From Camelus ferus (Eukaryota): a stretch of DNA of 64,000 nt. This document shows positions 1 through 14,612 of the stretch, in pieces; position 1 is the stretch's first letter, and the number at the start of each line of letters is the position of its first letter. A program made the translations under genes and the position numbers. The notes below the pieces were generated by a model. That model did not search any database. It was not told the DNA's origin and saw only the letters and a program-made list of their open reading frames with translations. The stretch lies in the NCBI RefSeq assembly GCF_009834535.1, contig NC_045696.1, positions 88,166,001-88,230,000 on the forward strand, given 5' to 3'.

Positions 1-39
1 TCTAAAAATCTTAAAGAAAAGCAGAGTCTTAAATAAAAC

Positions 40-995
40 CCAATGTGTTTAATATTAGTATTCAGCAGAAATGCAAATCAAAATTACAATGAGATATCAT
101 TACAGATGTATCAGAGTAGCCAAAATGAAAAATAGTGATAACACCAAATGCTGGCACGTATACAGAGAAACTGGATCACTCATACATTGCTGGTGAGAAT
201 ATAAAATGGCACAACCACTCTAAGAAATAATTTGGCAGTCCCTTTCAAAACTCAAAATGGACTTATTATATGGTCTAGCAATTTGTACTTTGATCTAGAA
301 ATTGATACTTTGATTATACAGAGAAATAAACATTTATTTTTCACAGAAGAACTGATACACAAATATTTATAGCAGATTCATTCATATTTGCCAAAAACTG
401 GAAACAACCTAGATGCTTTTCAAAGGATGAATGGTTCAACAAACTGTTGTGCACGCATGCCATGGCATACTACTCAGCAACAAAAAACAATAAACCAATG
501 AACACAGCAATCCGAATGAACCTCCAAAAATGATGCTGAGGGAACAAAATAAATCTCAAAAGATTTCGTTTTGCAAGATTCCATCTCTATAACAATCATG
601 AAATGACATAATTATAGAAAAAGAGAACAGATTAGTGGTTGCCTCGGAGGAGGAAAGGGGGAAGAAATGGAGATACTATGAAAGGGAACACAGAAGTAAT
701 GTGGTGATTGTGCATTTGAGTATCTTGATGTGGTAGTGGTTACACAGGTTACACATGTGATAAAGTTGCATAGAGCTACATACACACACACACACACAAA
801 TGGTGCATGTGTAACTGATGAAATCTGAATGATCTTTATGGATTGTGCCAATGTCATATTCTTGGTTGTGACATTGTCCTGTGGTTGTGTGGTATACTGG
901 CATTGGAGGCTTAGGAAGGGTTGTATGGGACATTCTTGTATATTTTTGTAAATTTCTGGAAACTTACAATTACTTCAAATTAAAAGTTAAATAAA
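40..995 (+). mobile_element. Old L1 (L1M-type) ORF2 end and 3' UTR
   Basis: Typical L1 motifs: gaaatgcaaatcaaaattacaatgagatatca, aactggaaacaacctagatg, gagaacagattagtggttgcc, and an A-rich end. Confidence 0.85.
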
Positions 996-1829
996 CCAGT
1001 GGAACATCATTTTTTAATATTTATATAACCTCTCTATATATAGGAAATTAGACCTTATTCTAAACAAATTCTTCATTCTAGAGTTTCTTTAATAAATGTG
1101 CATTTTTCCTGATCCACTCTAAAACCAATTGTTTTTGTCCATTTAATTTGCCAACAATTTATTTCCCCAACAATAACTGCCTGTGTAACAAAATAAAATT
1201 ACCAGGAGGCAAACTTACATCTATTAAGACTGTGTACAGGTTCGTGAAATGTAACTACACAAAAGATATCAATCCTAATGAACAAAATGATCATTCCACT
1301 CATACAAATAATGTGATTCTATTATTTTAACAGCTTATGGCCCCCTTTAAGAGAAATAAGCTTCAAGATTAGGAATATCACAGACCATTCCACTACCAGA
1401 TATCTTTATTGGCTAGGTTAGTGTCCTTTCAATACCAAACTGATGAGCAATCATGGCAAACAATCTTATTAAGCTGGTTTGCATATTTATGAAGACCCGA
1501 TAGTTTAATAAACTGTTATAGGGCAATGAAAGTTTATGGAGATCACTAGAAATGTCAGAATAGTACTCCAAAGACACAATAAAATTTAGTAATTCTCATT
1601 TAAATCTCAACTATGTAAAATAGAAACCAGTAGGGTTTTTTTTTAATTAGCCCTGTCTGACTCATAACAAAATCCAGTTTTCTTATGTAGTGTTCTGTAG
1701 CTGACCATATTGAAGTCCTGCCATGGGCTAGAGAAGATGCAATACATTTAAGGGATGAAGGTTTAATTTCATGCAAGTTGACTTCTACTCTCCTTAGCTG
1801 TACATATAAAAGTTGATGGATAGTTAGAG

Positions 1830-1879
1830 AAAAGTGGTATGGTAGCTAAGATGATAAAAGTGGTATGGTAGCTAAGATG
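1830..1879. repeat. Perfect 24-bp tandem duplication
   Basis: aaaagtggtatggtagctaagatg occurs at 1830-1853 and 1856-1879. Confidence 0.95.
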
Positions 1880-3089
1880 CACCATACCAATAAAACTGCA
1901 ACAACTCTACCCCTAAAGGTAAAATATTATGCTATCACATTGTGGTTTGGAACTAGACAATGAATCATATCCTCTTGTTTTAAGCAGAGCATTTATCTGC
2001 TTAGAGTTTATCTCCAGAGTGATGACTGCTACTGCTCAAATTAGAATTGTATTTAAGCTTTTATGTATTATAACAACTAAAAGCAAGTGATAAGTTTATA
2101 ATGATAATAGCCTTTGAAAGACGATTTTGGAAGCTACTTGTCAAGCTCCAGTTATAGCCTGGCCCTTCTCCCAGCTACAAGTACCAAACTTCCCCCACTC
2201 CTGAGTCTGCCATCTCCTCCCTCTGTAGAGCAAGGAACACCAGGATAACCTGGACCCATTTTCATGTCTGGCCAAGAAAGGATGGAAGAGATAAGTATCC
2301 CAAACTGTACTACATATCCCAGCCCATCACAGCATAGCGATTATTAAAATGATTTCTGCAAAAATCAAAGGAGAAATGTTTCTTTAAAAGTATTTGTTAT
2401 AATTTTAAGTAACTCAGAGAAGCCCCTGAGGAAATCATAGTAGAATTAAACTCTCTGACTCAACATCAAGTTTACATGGATAAGTTTTTTTTAACTAAGT
2501 TACAAAATTTTTTTGCAAAAGGCTTCTCTTCATATATCCAGCCAAAACTGTTTATACTTAAAACCCCAAATGCCTCAGTCAGTATCTTTTCTACCTATTC
2601 ATATCTACCAGCCAATGGATGGTGTTTAGGATAGCTTAGAGGGGAAAACATGTGGATCTAAACCAAACTAGAAGGAAAATAGGCCTAGATTTTGTATCCT
2701 TTACTTTAGTTAAATTAAATAATTTTTGAGAAGACTCAGTTTAGAGTTAATATGAGAGTGGAAGCTTTTTCTTCTCTGTATCAAGCATTCTTCACCAAAC
2801 CATGTAATCATGCCAAAATAGCCTTACAACAGATTGGCCACAAAAGATTCTTAATAAATTCTACTTTCTTGCTGATACATGCCTTTTAATTTAATAAATT
2901 TATTTACTTTTTCTTCTTTCTCCTTCCATCACTTTAAATCAAGTAAGAAAATTTAACACCTTATAAAGTTAAATGCATTGTAAGAATAGCAGTTCCCATT
3001 TAAATTCTATTTAAACAGGTCGGGTCCTTTTGACTTCATCAAGTTTTTAAAAAATAATTACTGTAACACTCTCATCAGCTACACAGGAC

Positions 3090-3200
3090 CAATATCATTG
3101 TCTCCATTTTATAGATGAAGAAACTGAGGCTTATAGAAGTTAAATGATTTTCCAAAATTACACAACTAATTAACAAAAGAATTAGAAATAAAAACTTAGT
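3090..3200 (-). mobile_element. MIR SINE fragment
   Basis: MIR core ccattttatagatgaagaaactgaggcttatagaagttaaatga. Confidence 0.8.
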
Positions 3201-4266
3201 ATACAATTCTCTTTCACCTTCACTGTGCTTACCCAGAAATAGGCAGTTTACAAAAACATTTTTTAATAACTTTAATTTAAAAAAAATGTTTTTGAATTAA
3301 AACCTAGAAATTCATAGCATACATCATTTACTTCCCTTTTAAATTTCAGTTAGATAACCCCATATGCTGTTATTACCTGTCAGTAACTGCAATATAATCT
3401 TAATTTTATCTTTAATTAATTCAAAGTAGGAAATCTTTAAACAGACACCTTTTTAATGACTTTAATTGATTCCAAAGCCAATTATGCCTTATTTTTAGTC
3501 TCCCGCAGAGCCCAATTCTTAATAATCTTCCTTTTGTTGCAACTTAACCATTTGCATGAATCTTCCCTGACTTTTTAGAAACTAAGCATGTATGCTCAGT
3601 TGGAGGGAGTTTAAACACATAGCAGCAGAGAACACTGTTTCTATGGAAGCACCATTCATGTACAGAAATGGTAGAGTTGTATATTTATTAGAAAATGTTA
3701 CTAAAAAAACGGCACACCAGTGGCGTGCTGTAACAAAATCATTGTGACTTGATCATTTTCTAGCAGATGGAGATAAAATATCTTGCAGAAGAATGACTTT
3801 CTCAATTCACAGAAAGGTGTCTTATGGGCTAGCAGTGGTCCTGCAGAAATCAAGTATCTATGGAATATTAGCCATACAAGGCAACTACATAAAAATCTTT
3901 AAATGTCTCCAAAATAGGAACTTTCTAAACTAAAAGGGAAGAAGGAAACAGGTGACAAAGAGTTAACACCTTTAATTTCGAGAGAGCACATTTAAAGGTA
4001 GAAGAAAATAATTTCTAAAAGAAAAAGAATATAAATGGGAAAATTTTAGAAAAAAATACTAAATAGCACACTGAAAATATTCAAATTCCTTAGTGTTCAA
4101 AGAATGTTGGCAAGGCTATGATTAAAGTATGATAAAGGTGCTGCTAATGGCATTATGAACTGGAAAAGCGCTTCTGAAAAGGGATATAAAAATATGTAGT
4201 ATGGAACACTAAAAAAAGTCATGGCACCTTGACATGATCATCTCACTCCCAGAACTGTATCCTAGA

Positions 4267-4600
4267 TGTGGCAGATTCTAGGACCACCAACTCATCCCTA
4301 ACCCTTTCCTCTGTGCCATCTTCTGGCCAAGAGTGGCCTCATATCACAGTTCTAGTTCAGGAAAGTAAGAGTAAGGCTGCTGGGTGCACCTTTCATTCTT
4401 CTTTCTTCCTGCTTTAAATGGGAAAGTGGTAGCTGAAGCTGTGGCAGCCATCTTCTAGACATAAAAAAAGATCAAAAACATTGTAGAGACACTGACCTTG
4501 AAATCAGTGAACCACCAAATCAATGCCAACAACCACCATATAACCTCCAAACTGGTTATGTAGGAGAAACAAACCCTGGTTTGCTTGAGCCACTTAATAA
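4267..4600 (+). mobile_element. MaLR (MLT1-type) solo LTR, degenerate
   Basis: tgtggcag start, gctgtggcagccatctt, and the MLT1-like 3' segment aaacaaaccctggtttgcttgagccac. Confidence 0.55.
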
Positions 4601-4762
4601 TACACAAAGGATAAATTCAATCAAAGAATTGTGACTATTCCTTTCAAGACTTTTCTGTAAGACTGAAGAAAGGGAGATGACCAGTTGCCTAATAATTGGG
4701 AGACGTTTAGGAATAGTGATGTCAAAAAATCAGATTCAAATGATCAATCTGAAGATCATGTG

Positions 4763-5317
4763 CTGTGGTGGGCTGACTGTATTAATGACTCCAATTTTTT
4801 AACCCTTTCCTAGAGTCACATCTTTTGCCATGAGGCCTTGCAATTACCCTCAACAAAGAGGCAAGATGATTTTTCAGCCCTTGATACTAAGCTCAGCCTC
4901 AGGACTTGTCCTGAACAATGAGATGTTAGCAACCATGACACAAGTCATTTTGAAAAGTACTTCTGTATTGTGCTTGACTTCACACTATCACCACGGTCAT
5001 CTCCATGAAAATAGTTCCAGTCAAGCCTGCTGGAGACCGAGATATGTGAGTGGTGCCAAGTCTCCCCAGCTGTCTGAGGCCATTCTAAGCCATTGACAGC
5101 CAGGCAACTGTCAGACACATGAGGGAGCCCTGCCAAGATCAGCAGAGCTGCCCTAGATGGTCCACGACTGTCACATGCAGAAGTCCAGATGAGAGCAACT
5201 GAGCCCACCCCAGGTCAGCTGAATTCTACAGACTCATAAAACATTTACTGCTGTGTGTCACAAGAGGTTTTGTGGTTGTTACTCAGTACTGTGTGGCAAT
5301 AGGTAACTAACTGATAT
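4763..5317 (+). mobile_element. MaLR (MLT1-type) solo LTR
   Basis: MLT1-like motifs: cttttgccatgaggccttgca, gagatgttagcaaccatgacacaag, cagacacatgagggagccc, and the end gtggcaataggtaactaactgata. Confidence 0.75.
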
Positions 5318-5899
5318 AATGCAAAAAACAAATTTTATTATGTATTTATTCATCCATCTAATATTCCATGCTCATCTACAATATACCAGGCATTATGTTC
5401 ATCAAAAAGAGGCTGGATGCAGAATTGTATTACTTGGTAAGGACAAAGTTGTAAACAATCTGGCATATATTGGAAAGGCAAGGAATGATGGCAATGCCAT
5501 ACATTGTCTTTCTTTTGTTCAGTTGTTTTGGCTTTCCTTTAAAATGGCCTTTCACATGCCACGGGTAGGTTGGTGGGTTACAAAGAATGGAGGAGTAATG
5601 TGAATTAAAAGAGTGAGGAGAATGAACAACAAAATAGTGCAGATGTGGGTAAGGAGACATTGGGATGACTAATCAGTCCTTTGTGGGATGAAGAATACAA
5701 AAACATGTTTGTAGGCTCAAGTGAAAGCCCTGGGAAAGACGGAGCATTTGGAGATACAAGAGACAGGAAAGCTGATGGGTGAAGTCAATGAGGAGAGGCA
5801 GGAGGACACAGGATACCCAGCACAAGTGAGGGTGGCAGAGCTGGAAGGAAAAGAGGCTGCCTCTCTCTATGAAACAGCAGAAAAGGATGGGGCAATTCT

Positions 5900-6605
5900 G
5901 TTTTGTTTCCTTGTTTGTTTACTAAAGTATAGTTCATTTAGAATGTTGTGTTAGTTTCTGATTTACAGCATTGTGATTCTTTTTCATATTCTTTTCCATT
6001 ATAGGATACTATAAGATATTGAATATAGTTCCCTGTGCTATACAGTAGGGCCTTGTTGTTTATCTCTTCTGTACATAGTAGTTTGTATCTGCTAATCCCA
6101 AACTCTCAATTTATCCTTCCCCACCCCTTTCCCCTTTGGTAACCATAAATTCATTTTCTGTGAGTCTGCTTCTGTTTTGTATATAGATTCATTTGTATTT
6201 TTTTTAGATTTTACATATAAGGGATATATATGATATTTGTCTTTCCCTGACTTACTTCAATTAGTATGATAATCTCCAGGTCCATCCATGTTGCTGCAAA
6301 TGGCATTATTTCATTATTTTCTTTGGCTGAATAGTATTTCATTGTATAAATATACCACATCTACTTTATCCAGTCATCTGTCGATGGACATTTAGGTTGC
6401 TTCAATGTCTTGGGTATTGTAAATAGTGCTGTTATAAACACTGGGGTGCATGTATCTTTCTGAATTAGACCTTTCTCCAGATACATGCCTAGGAGAGGGA
6501 TTGCTGGATCATAGGGTAAGTCTATTTCTAGTTTTTAAGGAACCTCCATACTGGCTACACCAGATTACATCCCCACCAACAGTGTAGGAGGGTTCCCTTT
6601 TATCC
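5900..6605 (-). mobile_element. 5'-truncated cetartiodactyl-type L1 3' end
   Basis: gaatatagttccctgtgctatacagtaggg, ctccaggtccatccatgttgctgcaaatggc, ccccaccaacagtgtaggagggttccc. Possible diverged TSD aaaaggatgg... at 5881 and 6606. Confidence 0.9.
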
Positions 6606-9600
6606 AAAAGGATGGAACAGTTTTATGTGCTCTGAACTGTAGAAGGGCAGAAAGGTGATAAAGCCACTACCTCAAAGACTCTACTTTCTTAAGCCTCAAC
6701 ACAGCAAAATTATCTACTAAGAAGGAAGAGAGTGAGGTGGGGGGAGGGGGGCAAAAAGGGTTTGAAAGAAATAGTAAAGGTCTGTGAAAGGAGGCTAAGT
6801 GTGGGTAACCCAAATGATTCCTGAATTTTTGTGTTGCAACTTATTATTACCTATCTCCAAGAAGAAGTTAAGTTTGAGGAGAATTTTGAAAAGTACTTTG
6901 AAATGACAGAGAAAAACTTTTATAAAAATAATGCCTTCATTATTACCTTGATTATTGGTATTCTGAAAAGTTTCACTTTTAAGACTCCTTGTTAATTTAC
7001 TTAAGGATCAACAGATTCAGTAAGATACAAAAATTTAAGTATGAGGTATAAAGAATTAAAATATACACCAAAAATGCCCAGAGAAAAAATTGTAAGTTAT
7101 CTTCATGTACTCCACTTACAATTATAACTTTTATTAGAACATCTTAACTGCTCCATTACTTGATGTGTTTTTTTTTCCTAATTCTGTTTTTGCTACCTTA
7201 ATAGTTTCTGCCCTAAACTGCATTAAAAGATTCTGTGGTTGTAAATTTTTAGTAGCATGTTGGCAATACAACAAACAAAAAACGAATCTACGCAAAAAAT
7301 ACATGTAAGAGATAAGGGTGTTTCAGTGAAAAACATGATTTAATTTCCCTTCCTCCACTGCTGCCATATTGCTTTTTTTTAAAGCATGCAGAAAGAAACT
7401 GATATGATGTAAAAACTAGTTTAACTTTGACAACCAGGGAATTAAAAGTCATACAATAAAAAGTTATACATTTCCTCCAGGGAGGAAAAGAATGGAGTGG
7501 GGTCCAAAGTTATTGACGTTCAGTTTTCTTGACTTCACCTGGTTACAGCAAAACTTGAGTAAGCAGCCCCGTTACCTCTGTGCACCTATATTGATGTATC
7601 CCACCCCCACAAAAGGGTGCTTCACATGGACTAACTCTGCAACACTTTCCCCAAAGCTTCCTAACTTGTTTGGGATCATAAACCCTCTTAAAACATACAT
7701 TTGCACACAGCACATTGAAATTTGGCACATTGTTCCAGGAGGTTTACAGATCCCACAAGGCCCACCCAAGAGTCCTCATTGAATCTCTGCTAGATCCTGT
7801 TTTTGAAGGTTCTACTAGATTAGTAAATCTATGGAACTATTTTTGTTCTGTTCAGTGCTGCATCAGCCTTACCTAGAGTGACAATTGAGTGTTACCAAAT
7901 TGATGTTTCACTGGAGGCACCTAGATGCAATAGATCAAAATGCAGAATTTACAGAGAAAATTATGAAAACTGGTTCCCTGACTCTTAGACACCAGTCAGC
8001 CAGGTTAAGAATTTTTAAAAGGGGGTCGAAGAAAGGATTCTTGTAGAAAGAGATTTTTGGACACAACCACAGTCTCAGCCCCAACTACACTTCTTCTAAC
8101 TTACTCTTACCTAAAACCTAGTAAGCAGGGACGGGGGCTTTGGCAGGACACTCAGAGAGCCTGGTATGTGTGGTTTACGTCTCCTTTATTGTGAGGCAGA
8201 GTGGACTGGGAGCTGACACCTAATTTAGGAGATCCAGAAGGACAGAGAGGTGACCAACTACTTCAGAGAGGAATGGCTATGCACAACTAAGAGCCGTGTG
8301 GGGTCAGCATCAATCCTGCCCAGTGGGTGGGAAAAGACTCAAAAGCAACAAAAAGCCGGCATGGAAGACAGAAATCCCAGGGCTTGCAGGTGGAGGCTCG
8401 AACATCCACTGGCATCAATTTGCATCCCCCTCTCTCCTCCCAAGGCAACTGTAGGTGAGAAGTCTCTAGCAATGGGAATCATGGACAGAACTTTGAAAAG
8501 AACCCCAAAGAGCGTGAACTTTAAGTACCTGCCTAAGCCAGCTCACAACAGTACCAGTTCAGGTAAGAACTTTATTATAGCCTTTACCCCTCCACCTCTC
8601 CTATCTCCCTCTCTCCCCTTTTCCCTGCCACAGATAACAAGCTGTGAGTTGAGAGAAGAGGTGAGGAAGAAAGAAAAGAAGGACCCTGATGCTCTGACTC
8701 ACAGCAAGGGGCCAGCTAAAGGAAAGGAGAAGATGGATGACAAATCAATTGTGAACTTTTGATTATGGTGGGCAACTGAGGACTATTATCTCTGAACTGA
8801 TAATATTTGTGACTTCAATCCATTGTGGGCCGATCTTTTATTTCAGTCCACTGAACCTGCCCACAATTTTTAGTGGAAAAGCCTCTTCCATTAAATGCAA
8901 TTTTACAGAGATCAAGGGAGACAAAAACAAAATTGCATTTTGATCGTGTCATCACATCATTTGTTCAATCTATACATTCAATCTATAGAATGAAAATTTA
9001 ACAGCATTTCAGACGTTGCAAGTTCTTGGCATGCATGCCTGATAAAGCTAGGAAATGAATGTGTTTAGCTACCAAAATGATTTTTAATTTAATGTGAATG
9101 CCTTTAGGTGAAACAGGCACCCTCCAGTTCAGCCTCTACATGGCTTACACGACCCCCGCCCACTGCCAACATCTACCCTTTCAGAGTCCTCTTTTACATG
9201 CTTGCCTAGTCGGTGAAGGCATTTGAGTTTGAGGTGGGAAGGTCTCCACCTTAGAGTAACAGAGATGGATTTTATGTGGATTCAAGCAACTCTAAGTCAA
9301 AATCTTGGCTCCAGGATGTATTGGCTTAGTGACCATGGTCAGATATTTAATGTTTCTGAAAGGTCTCGTCCATAAAATATATTAAATGTTTATCTCACAG
9401 TTTCTTAGAAGTTAAATAAGATTCTGTGTACAGTGGAAGGCACTGAGCAATGAGTGATGCCCCAATGAATATTAGCTTCCTTCCTCTTCTTTATTTTTAT
9501 TTCTAAGTCCATTAGATGAGAAAATAGGGTTGTATAAATAACTGTTCATTGCATATAGTGCTAGCTGTTCTTTTAGCTGTTTTGAAGGCTTTAGCAAAAT

Positions 9601-10510
9601 TACATTAAGGGAAAATTCCACCTAATTATAAATAGTTATTCTTTTAATAATTATAAATAATCACCAAAAAATAAGTTGATCGCAATTAAAACAATTTCAT
9701 CCAAGAGTCTTCAAAACATTAAAAGTTAAGATATGTGGCAACAGTATAATTAAAAAGTCAAAAGTCTTGTAATTGCCTTGTTTTTGCAGTGAGTAAAGGT
9801 AAATGCATGAGATTTTTAAAATTCTCTCCAAAAGACTATGTTTACCTTTCACTTGGTCAATTTTTATTGTTTTTTTCACTGTCATTTTAAGGTCTTTTTC
9901 AATGACTACTTCAGTAACTGTACCTTCAGGGTGATGGAGCTTTGTCTTTGATGGAGTAGTTTTAACTGCTGGCTTTTCCAAGGAATTATACGTTCTTGAC
10001 TGGCATTGACAACTCACCAAGTGAAGAGTTTACAACGGCCTATTGATAGATCAGATTCTAGATGAAGGTTGTATTTATGTTGACGTGACTAGGAATTAAG
10101 ACATAGTCAAAACAGCTCACGTCAAAGCAGTTACTAGACCAACCATGCATTGTGTGTGTGAACCTCTCAATCATCTCTCTGATAAATGATTCTGATCCCT
10201 CTGCTTGGAAACCTCCAGTAAAACAACTCCCTATAACCACGAGCATCTGATTAAAAGTTAAGGCAGGTGTAAGTTTTAGAGTGTTTCCTTATATTGAACT
10301 TAAATCAACTGGCTCATTAGTGGCAATCCCTCCAGTCTCTGCCACCCAGTACCTGTAAACAGAGCCATTACAATTTTATCTGCCTAGAGACCTCAGCTAA
10401 AATGTCATCTAAGATGAATGCTGCCCAGCTGGTGCTATGCTGTAGTTAAGACAGCCTGTAATTGTTTCTAAAGGCATCAAAATTGATCCCTTTTACAGTT
10501 GTGGTGTATG

Positions 10511-10545
10511 CATGTGTTTGTGTGTGTGTGTGTGTATGTGTGTGT
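10511..10545. repeat. Imperfect (TG)n microsatellite
   Basis: Directly visible in the sequence. Confidence 0.9.
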
Positions 10546-10769
10546 TTAACTTCTTAGGAATAAAGTCTGGAATAAAGTTCCCGGTCAGCATTGCTGAGAG
10601 GTGGTATCTAGTAAAAATGGTCTCCTCAACTTATGAGCGAAAATAAAATTCCTTTTTCTACATCACCTGAATGTTCTTCAAAATGAACAAACTTCTAGAA
10701 AAGCTGGAGACCCGTGTAACCAGCAGCAACTTTTGAGAAGCTGGCTTTCCAATGTAACAGACCTTGTGC

Positions 10770-10945
10770 TAAATGCCTTATTCTCATTTAAACCTCCAGT
10801 CGCCCACACGATCGGTACTATCATCATTGCCTTTAAGAGTAAGGAAACTAAGACAGAGAAAGATAAACCAAATTCACACAACTAGTCAGTGAAGGAGGCA
10901 GGATTTTTACACCCTAAGTTGGATTCTAGAGCCCAGTCTCTTCAC
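10770..10945 (-). mobile_element. MIR fragment
   Basis: gtaaggaaactaagacagagaaagataa...ggattctagagccca. Confidence 0.65.
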
Positions 10946-12144
10946 CTCTGTGCAGTTAGTGGCTTTCTCAGCATCTGGTCACCCATACCATTTCAGAGAA
11001 CACCTATGCTATCAGTAATCTACTTCAGTCCTTCACTCCTGTCTTTCATAGTTAGGCACAATTTAAGGCCTTGGTCAGGGGCATGTGACATCCAAGACAG
11101 TCGCTCAAAATGGTTTCCAACAGCATAGATGGTGCTGACACTGGGTACAATTGCAAAATTCATCTTTTCTTCTCTCCATCTAGATAACACCCTCCACTTT
11201 ACTCAGATAGAAGACAGGAGTAGTTAGAATAATAGAAGTTGATTGGTTATTGAGTTCTTCCAATATTTATGCTGTTATTGGACTGACAAATTATTGGAGC
11301 TGATTTATTTTATATTCCTGAAGCCCAAAGGAAACAATTCTAATTCTCAGAAGACAAACCAAGCAAGCTTTTCTTAGGTGACAAGATCTAGAGAAACCAG
11401 AACATTCCCCATGCCCCTCACGGCAACATCGATCACTCCCTCAACACCCAGATGCAAACAAACATTCATTCACGCAGGAGAATACATGAAAATGAAACAT
11501 GCTAAATCTGAAACAGCATCCATCCTTTAGGCTATACTTGCCGGTCCAGGCAATCTAAGATGCAGAATGGCCCCAGGATTATATCATGAGTGGACTGAAT
11601 TAGTCAACTTTTATTTTCTCAGACCACAGATTGTTAGCTCTGCCAATGAGGAGAGACAGGTTTCTAATGGTTATTGTTGGATCAACCACTCCTCACAGCC
11701 CCCTGATAGAACTTCCAAAGTGACCCAACCCCTACTGATCCCAGTAGGTCCCTGCTCCAGCCGTGAACACTGATAACCTTAACCAATCATTGTAATCTTG
11801 TAATCCCATCCCTCTTGCTAGTGATTGGTTCAGCAACCTAGGTTTAAGCCAATTAAAACACTCCATATCCCTTGGAGATGATCTCTGGCCCAATGTTGAG
11901 CATGTGACCTAAAGTAATAAAGCCTGAAGAGTGAACTTTGTTCGGAAAACAAACCTAACTCACAAAAACTTGAAGTAAAACTGACAATTTATTATTCTTT
12001 AATATAAAATTCAAGCAGGTAAGGTAGCTGTCTTCCACAAAACTGTCAGATGTCCCAGCTACTTCCACCTTATTGCTCTGCCCTTTCCCATACCAGACCA
12101 TCTCAAGGACTAAGCCCACCAACGAACACTCATCCCATCAAATA

Positions 12145-12647
12145 AACATAGAGAGAGATTGGAAGAGAAAGAGTTATTATAGGAATTGGCTCACATGATT
12201 ATAGAAGCCACGAAGTCCCACGATCTGCTGTCTGCAAGCCAGAGAGCAAGGAAAGCCAATGGTTTAATTCAGTGCAAGTCCGGAGGCCTGAGAACCAGGG
12301 GGAGTCGATGGTAAGTCCCATTAGGAGTGCAAAAGCCCAAGAAAAGGGGGCGGAGGCATAACTGCGTAAGTTTTGGTCTGAGTTTTGGACCCAAGAAACA
12401 GGAGCACTGATGTTCAAGGGCATCTCAGCTCAGGTAGAGAGCTAATGCACCCCTCCTCCTCCTTTTTATTCTGTTCAGGCCCTCAGCAGATTGAGTGATG
12501 CCCAATGCATTGGTGAGGCTGCTCTGCTTTACAGTCTACTGATTCAGATGCTCATCTCTTCTAGCAACATCCTCACAGACACATGTTTGACCAGCTACCT
12601 GGGCATCCCTTAGCTAGTCAAGTTGGCACCTAAAATTAACCATCACA
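12145..12647 (-). mobile_element. MLT2-type (ERVL) solo LTR
   Basis: ttattataggaattggctcacatgattatagaagcc ... gtcaagttggcacctaaaattaaccatcaca, the characteristic MLT2 terminus. Confidence 0.85.
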
Positions 12648-14169
12648 AGGAAGACTAGATATTGGGTAACAACTGAGGTGTGTGACATATCGAGGAAGAG
12701 TTCTTTTCTTCTGGACATGATCAGGGAAGACTGCTCTGTCAGATGTTGCTGGAACCCACGGGAGAAGCCAGCTTGAGAATAAAGATGATGCAGAGGAAAG
12801 GGAAGAGCCAAGCGAACAGGAGAGAAACAGAACAAGCATCTTCATGGCCTCATGCCTGGGGCCCACACCACCTCTTAACCACCTGTTAGGGGAAATGAAG
12901 AACTTTATTGGTTGAATCAGGTTTGCAATTAATTGAAGCTGAAAAGAATCTAACTACTACAGTGGCCAAAAAGACAACCAAAAGGAGAAACAGCTGGACT
13001 CCAATGACCTCATAATAATTTAATGAGGGCTTTAATTTCTCTCTTTAGCTATAAGATGAAACTTCTTTACTGCTTTTCACTCTGTCCCCTGAGTAAATTC
13101 TTAGTTTTCTTCAGGAAAGTTTTACATCATCTGTATTTAAAAAACAGAACTAGATGCAACTGACAGGATGGGCTGCCTTGTGCTGAACTGCAGGTCTCTC
13201 TAAGTGTGGTACCCTGTGATACGTGTTCATTAGAGAGCTTCATTGTGATCTCTAAGTCAACTGAAATCGCTCAGTGGCTCTGTTGTTAAGTAGTGCTCAG
13301 CAAAGCTGCAGAAGTGTGAATAATAATCTAAAATCATCATCATTAGACACAAAGAACACCACATTTTATCAGCAGAAAGTATAAAAGCACAAGAGGGAAT
13401 GAAAATGTGATATTTTCATCATGCTATGTAATATCCTACAATCACTTAGATATCCACACAAAATACACTGCATTTAAGCTAAGTTTTAATCCATAATTCT
13501 ATAACCAAGTTCAATGCCTAAGTTCAAACCTCAGCCAGAATCATATTTACAGTCCCATTGCAAGGACTAACTTATACTTTTCCCACATAGGGAAAATGAC
13601 TATTTCTGTTACCTGTTAGAGGAGAAATCATGGCAATATACCACTTAGTTTTGCAGGGGAAATTAGTTGTAAGGCATATTTTCAACCAAACAAAACATAA
13701 AGTCTGTATCAGTAACACAGCAATTATCTGTTGCTTAATCTACACAATAAAACATTCACCATCTGCCTCACTCTATCCCAAACACCCCCCTAAAAAATAT
13801 GTCCCTATATTTAAAGACCTGTGGGTCATTCTAGTCCTTCCTGGATGATTGGTATCATCATATCAGTTTTAAGTAAATAACTGCATAGATATTTCTCACA
13901 AATGGATATCTCCAAATTACTACAGTCTGAATTTGAATTTCTAACCACAGCAATCTCACCCCAAGTTAAGTAGTTCAGATCATGACTATGTATCCCCTTC
14001 AAATAACAACTCTTCTATATAGCATGAAAGAAAATCTTAGAACATTCCCTTTGAACTGCAGTGTTTTCTAACAGCTTCTGATCACAACACTTCTGAGAGA
14101 CTTTAGTTTATCTGCAGAAGTTGTTTTATTAAAAAAAAAAAAGAACATAAATACATACATGCATACATC

Positions 14170-14612
14170 ATGGTAGAATGTGTTTATCAGCAAACATTGA
14201 CGCTACCTTCTCACATCCTTCCTCTGCGGAAAGAGAATATGTCTCAGCCCACTTATGGGTTTGGTCTGATGATTTTCTTTGCAAATGGAATTGGAGTGAA
14301 TATGACATATTGTGTCCAAGCAGAAACTTTTCATGGCATTGCAAGTTTCTGTCATTTGTTGAACTTTAGCCTTGAAGCTCATGAAGGAAACTTTCCCTAG
14401 ATAAGGGCTTTTCCTTCCACTTAGGTTCCAGAATGAAAAGATATATGAAGCAGACTTGAACCCAGTCCACAGCTTAGAGACCAGCCCAGAAGAGCCAAGC
14501 AGAGCTGAGCAAAGCTACAACCAACCTGAAAACACATGAGTGAGAAATAAATACAATAAGCAATTGTAATTTGGGGGATGTTTGCTACTGTAGAAAAAGC
14601 TGACTAATGCAT
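14170..14612 (+). mobile_element. MaLR (MLT1-type) solo LTR
   Basis: tggtagaatg start, acacatgagtgagaaataaa, and the end ttgggggatgtttgctactgtagaaaaagctgactaatgca. Confidence 0.7.

Noticed and set aside
8250..8762. 170-aa ORF
   Set aside because: It starts at GTG, has low-complexity parts and shows no domain or splice support. The region may be an old LTR, but I cannot assign it.
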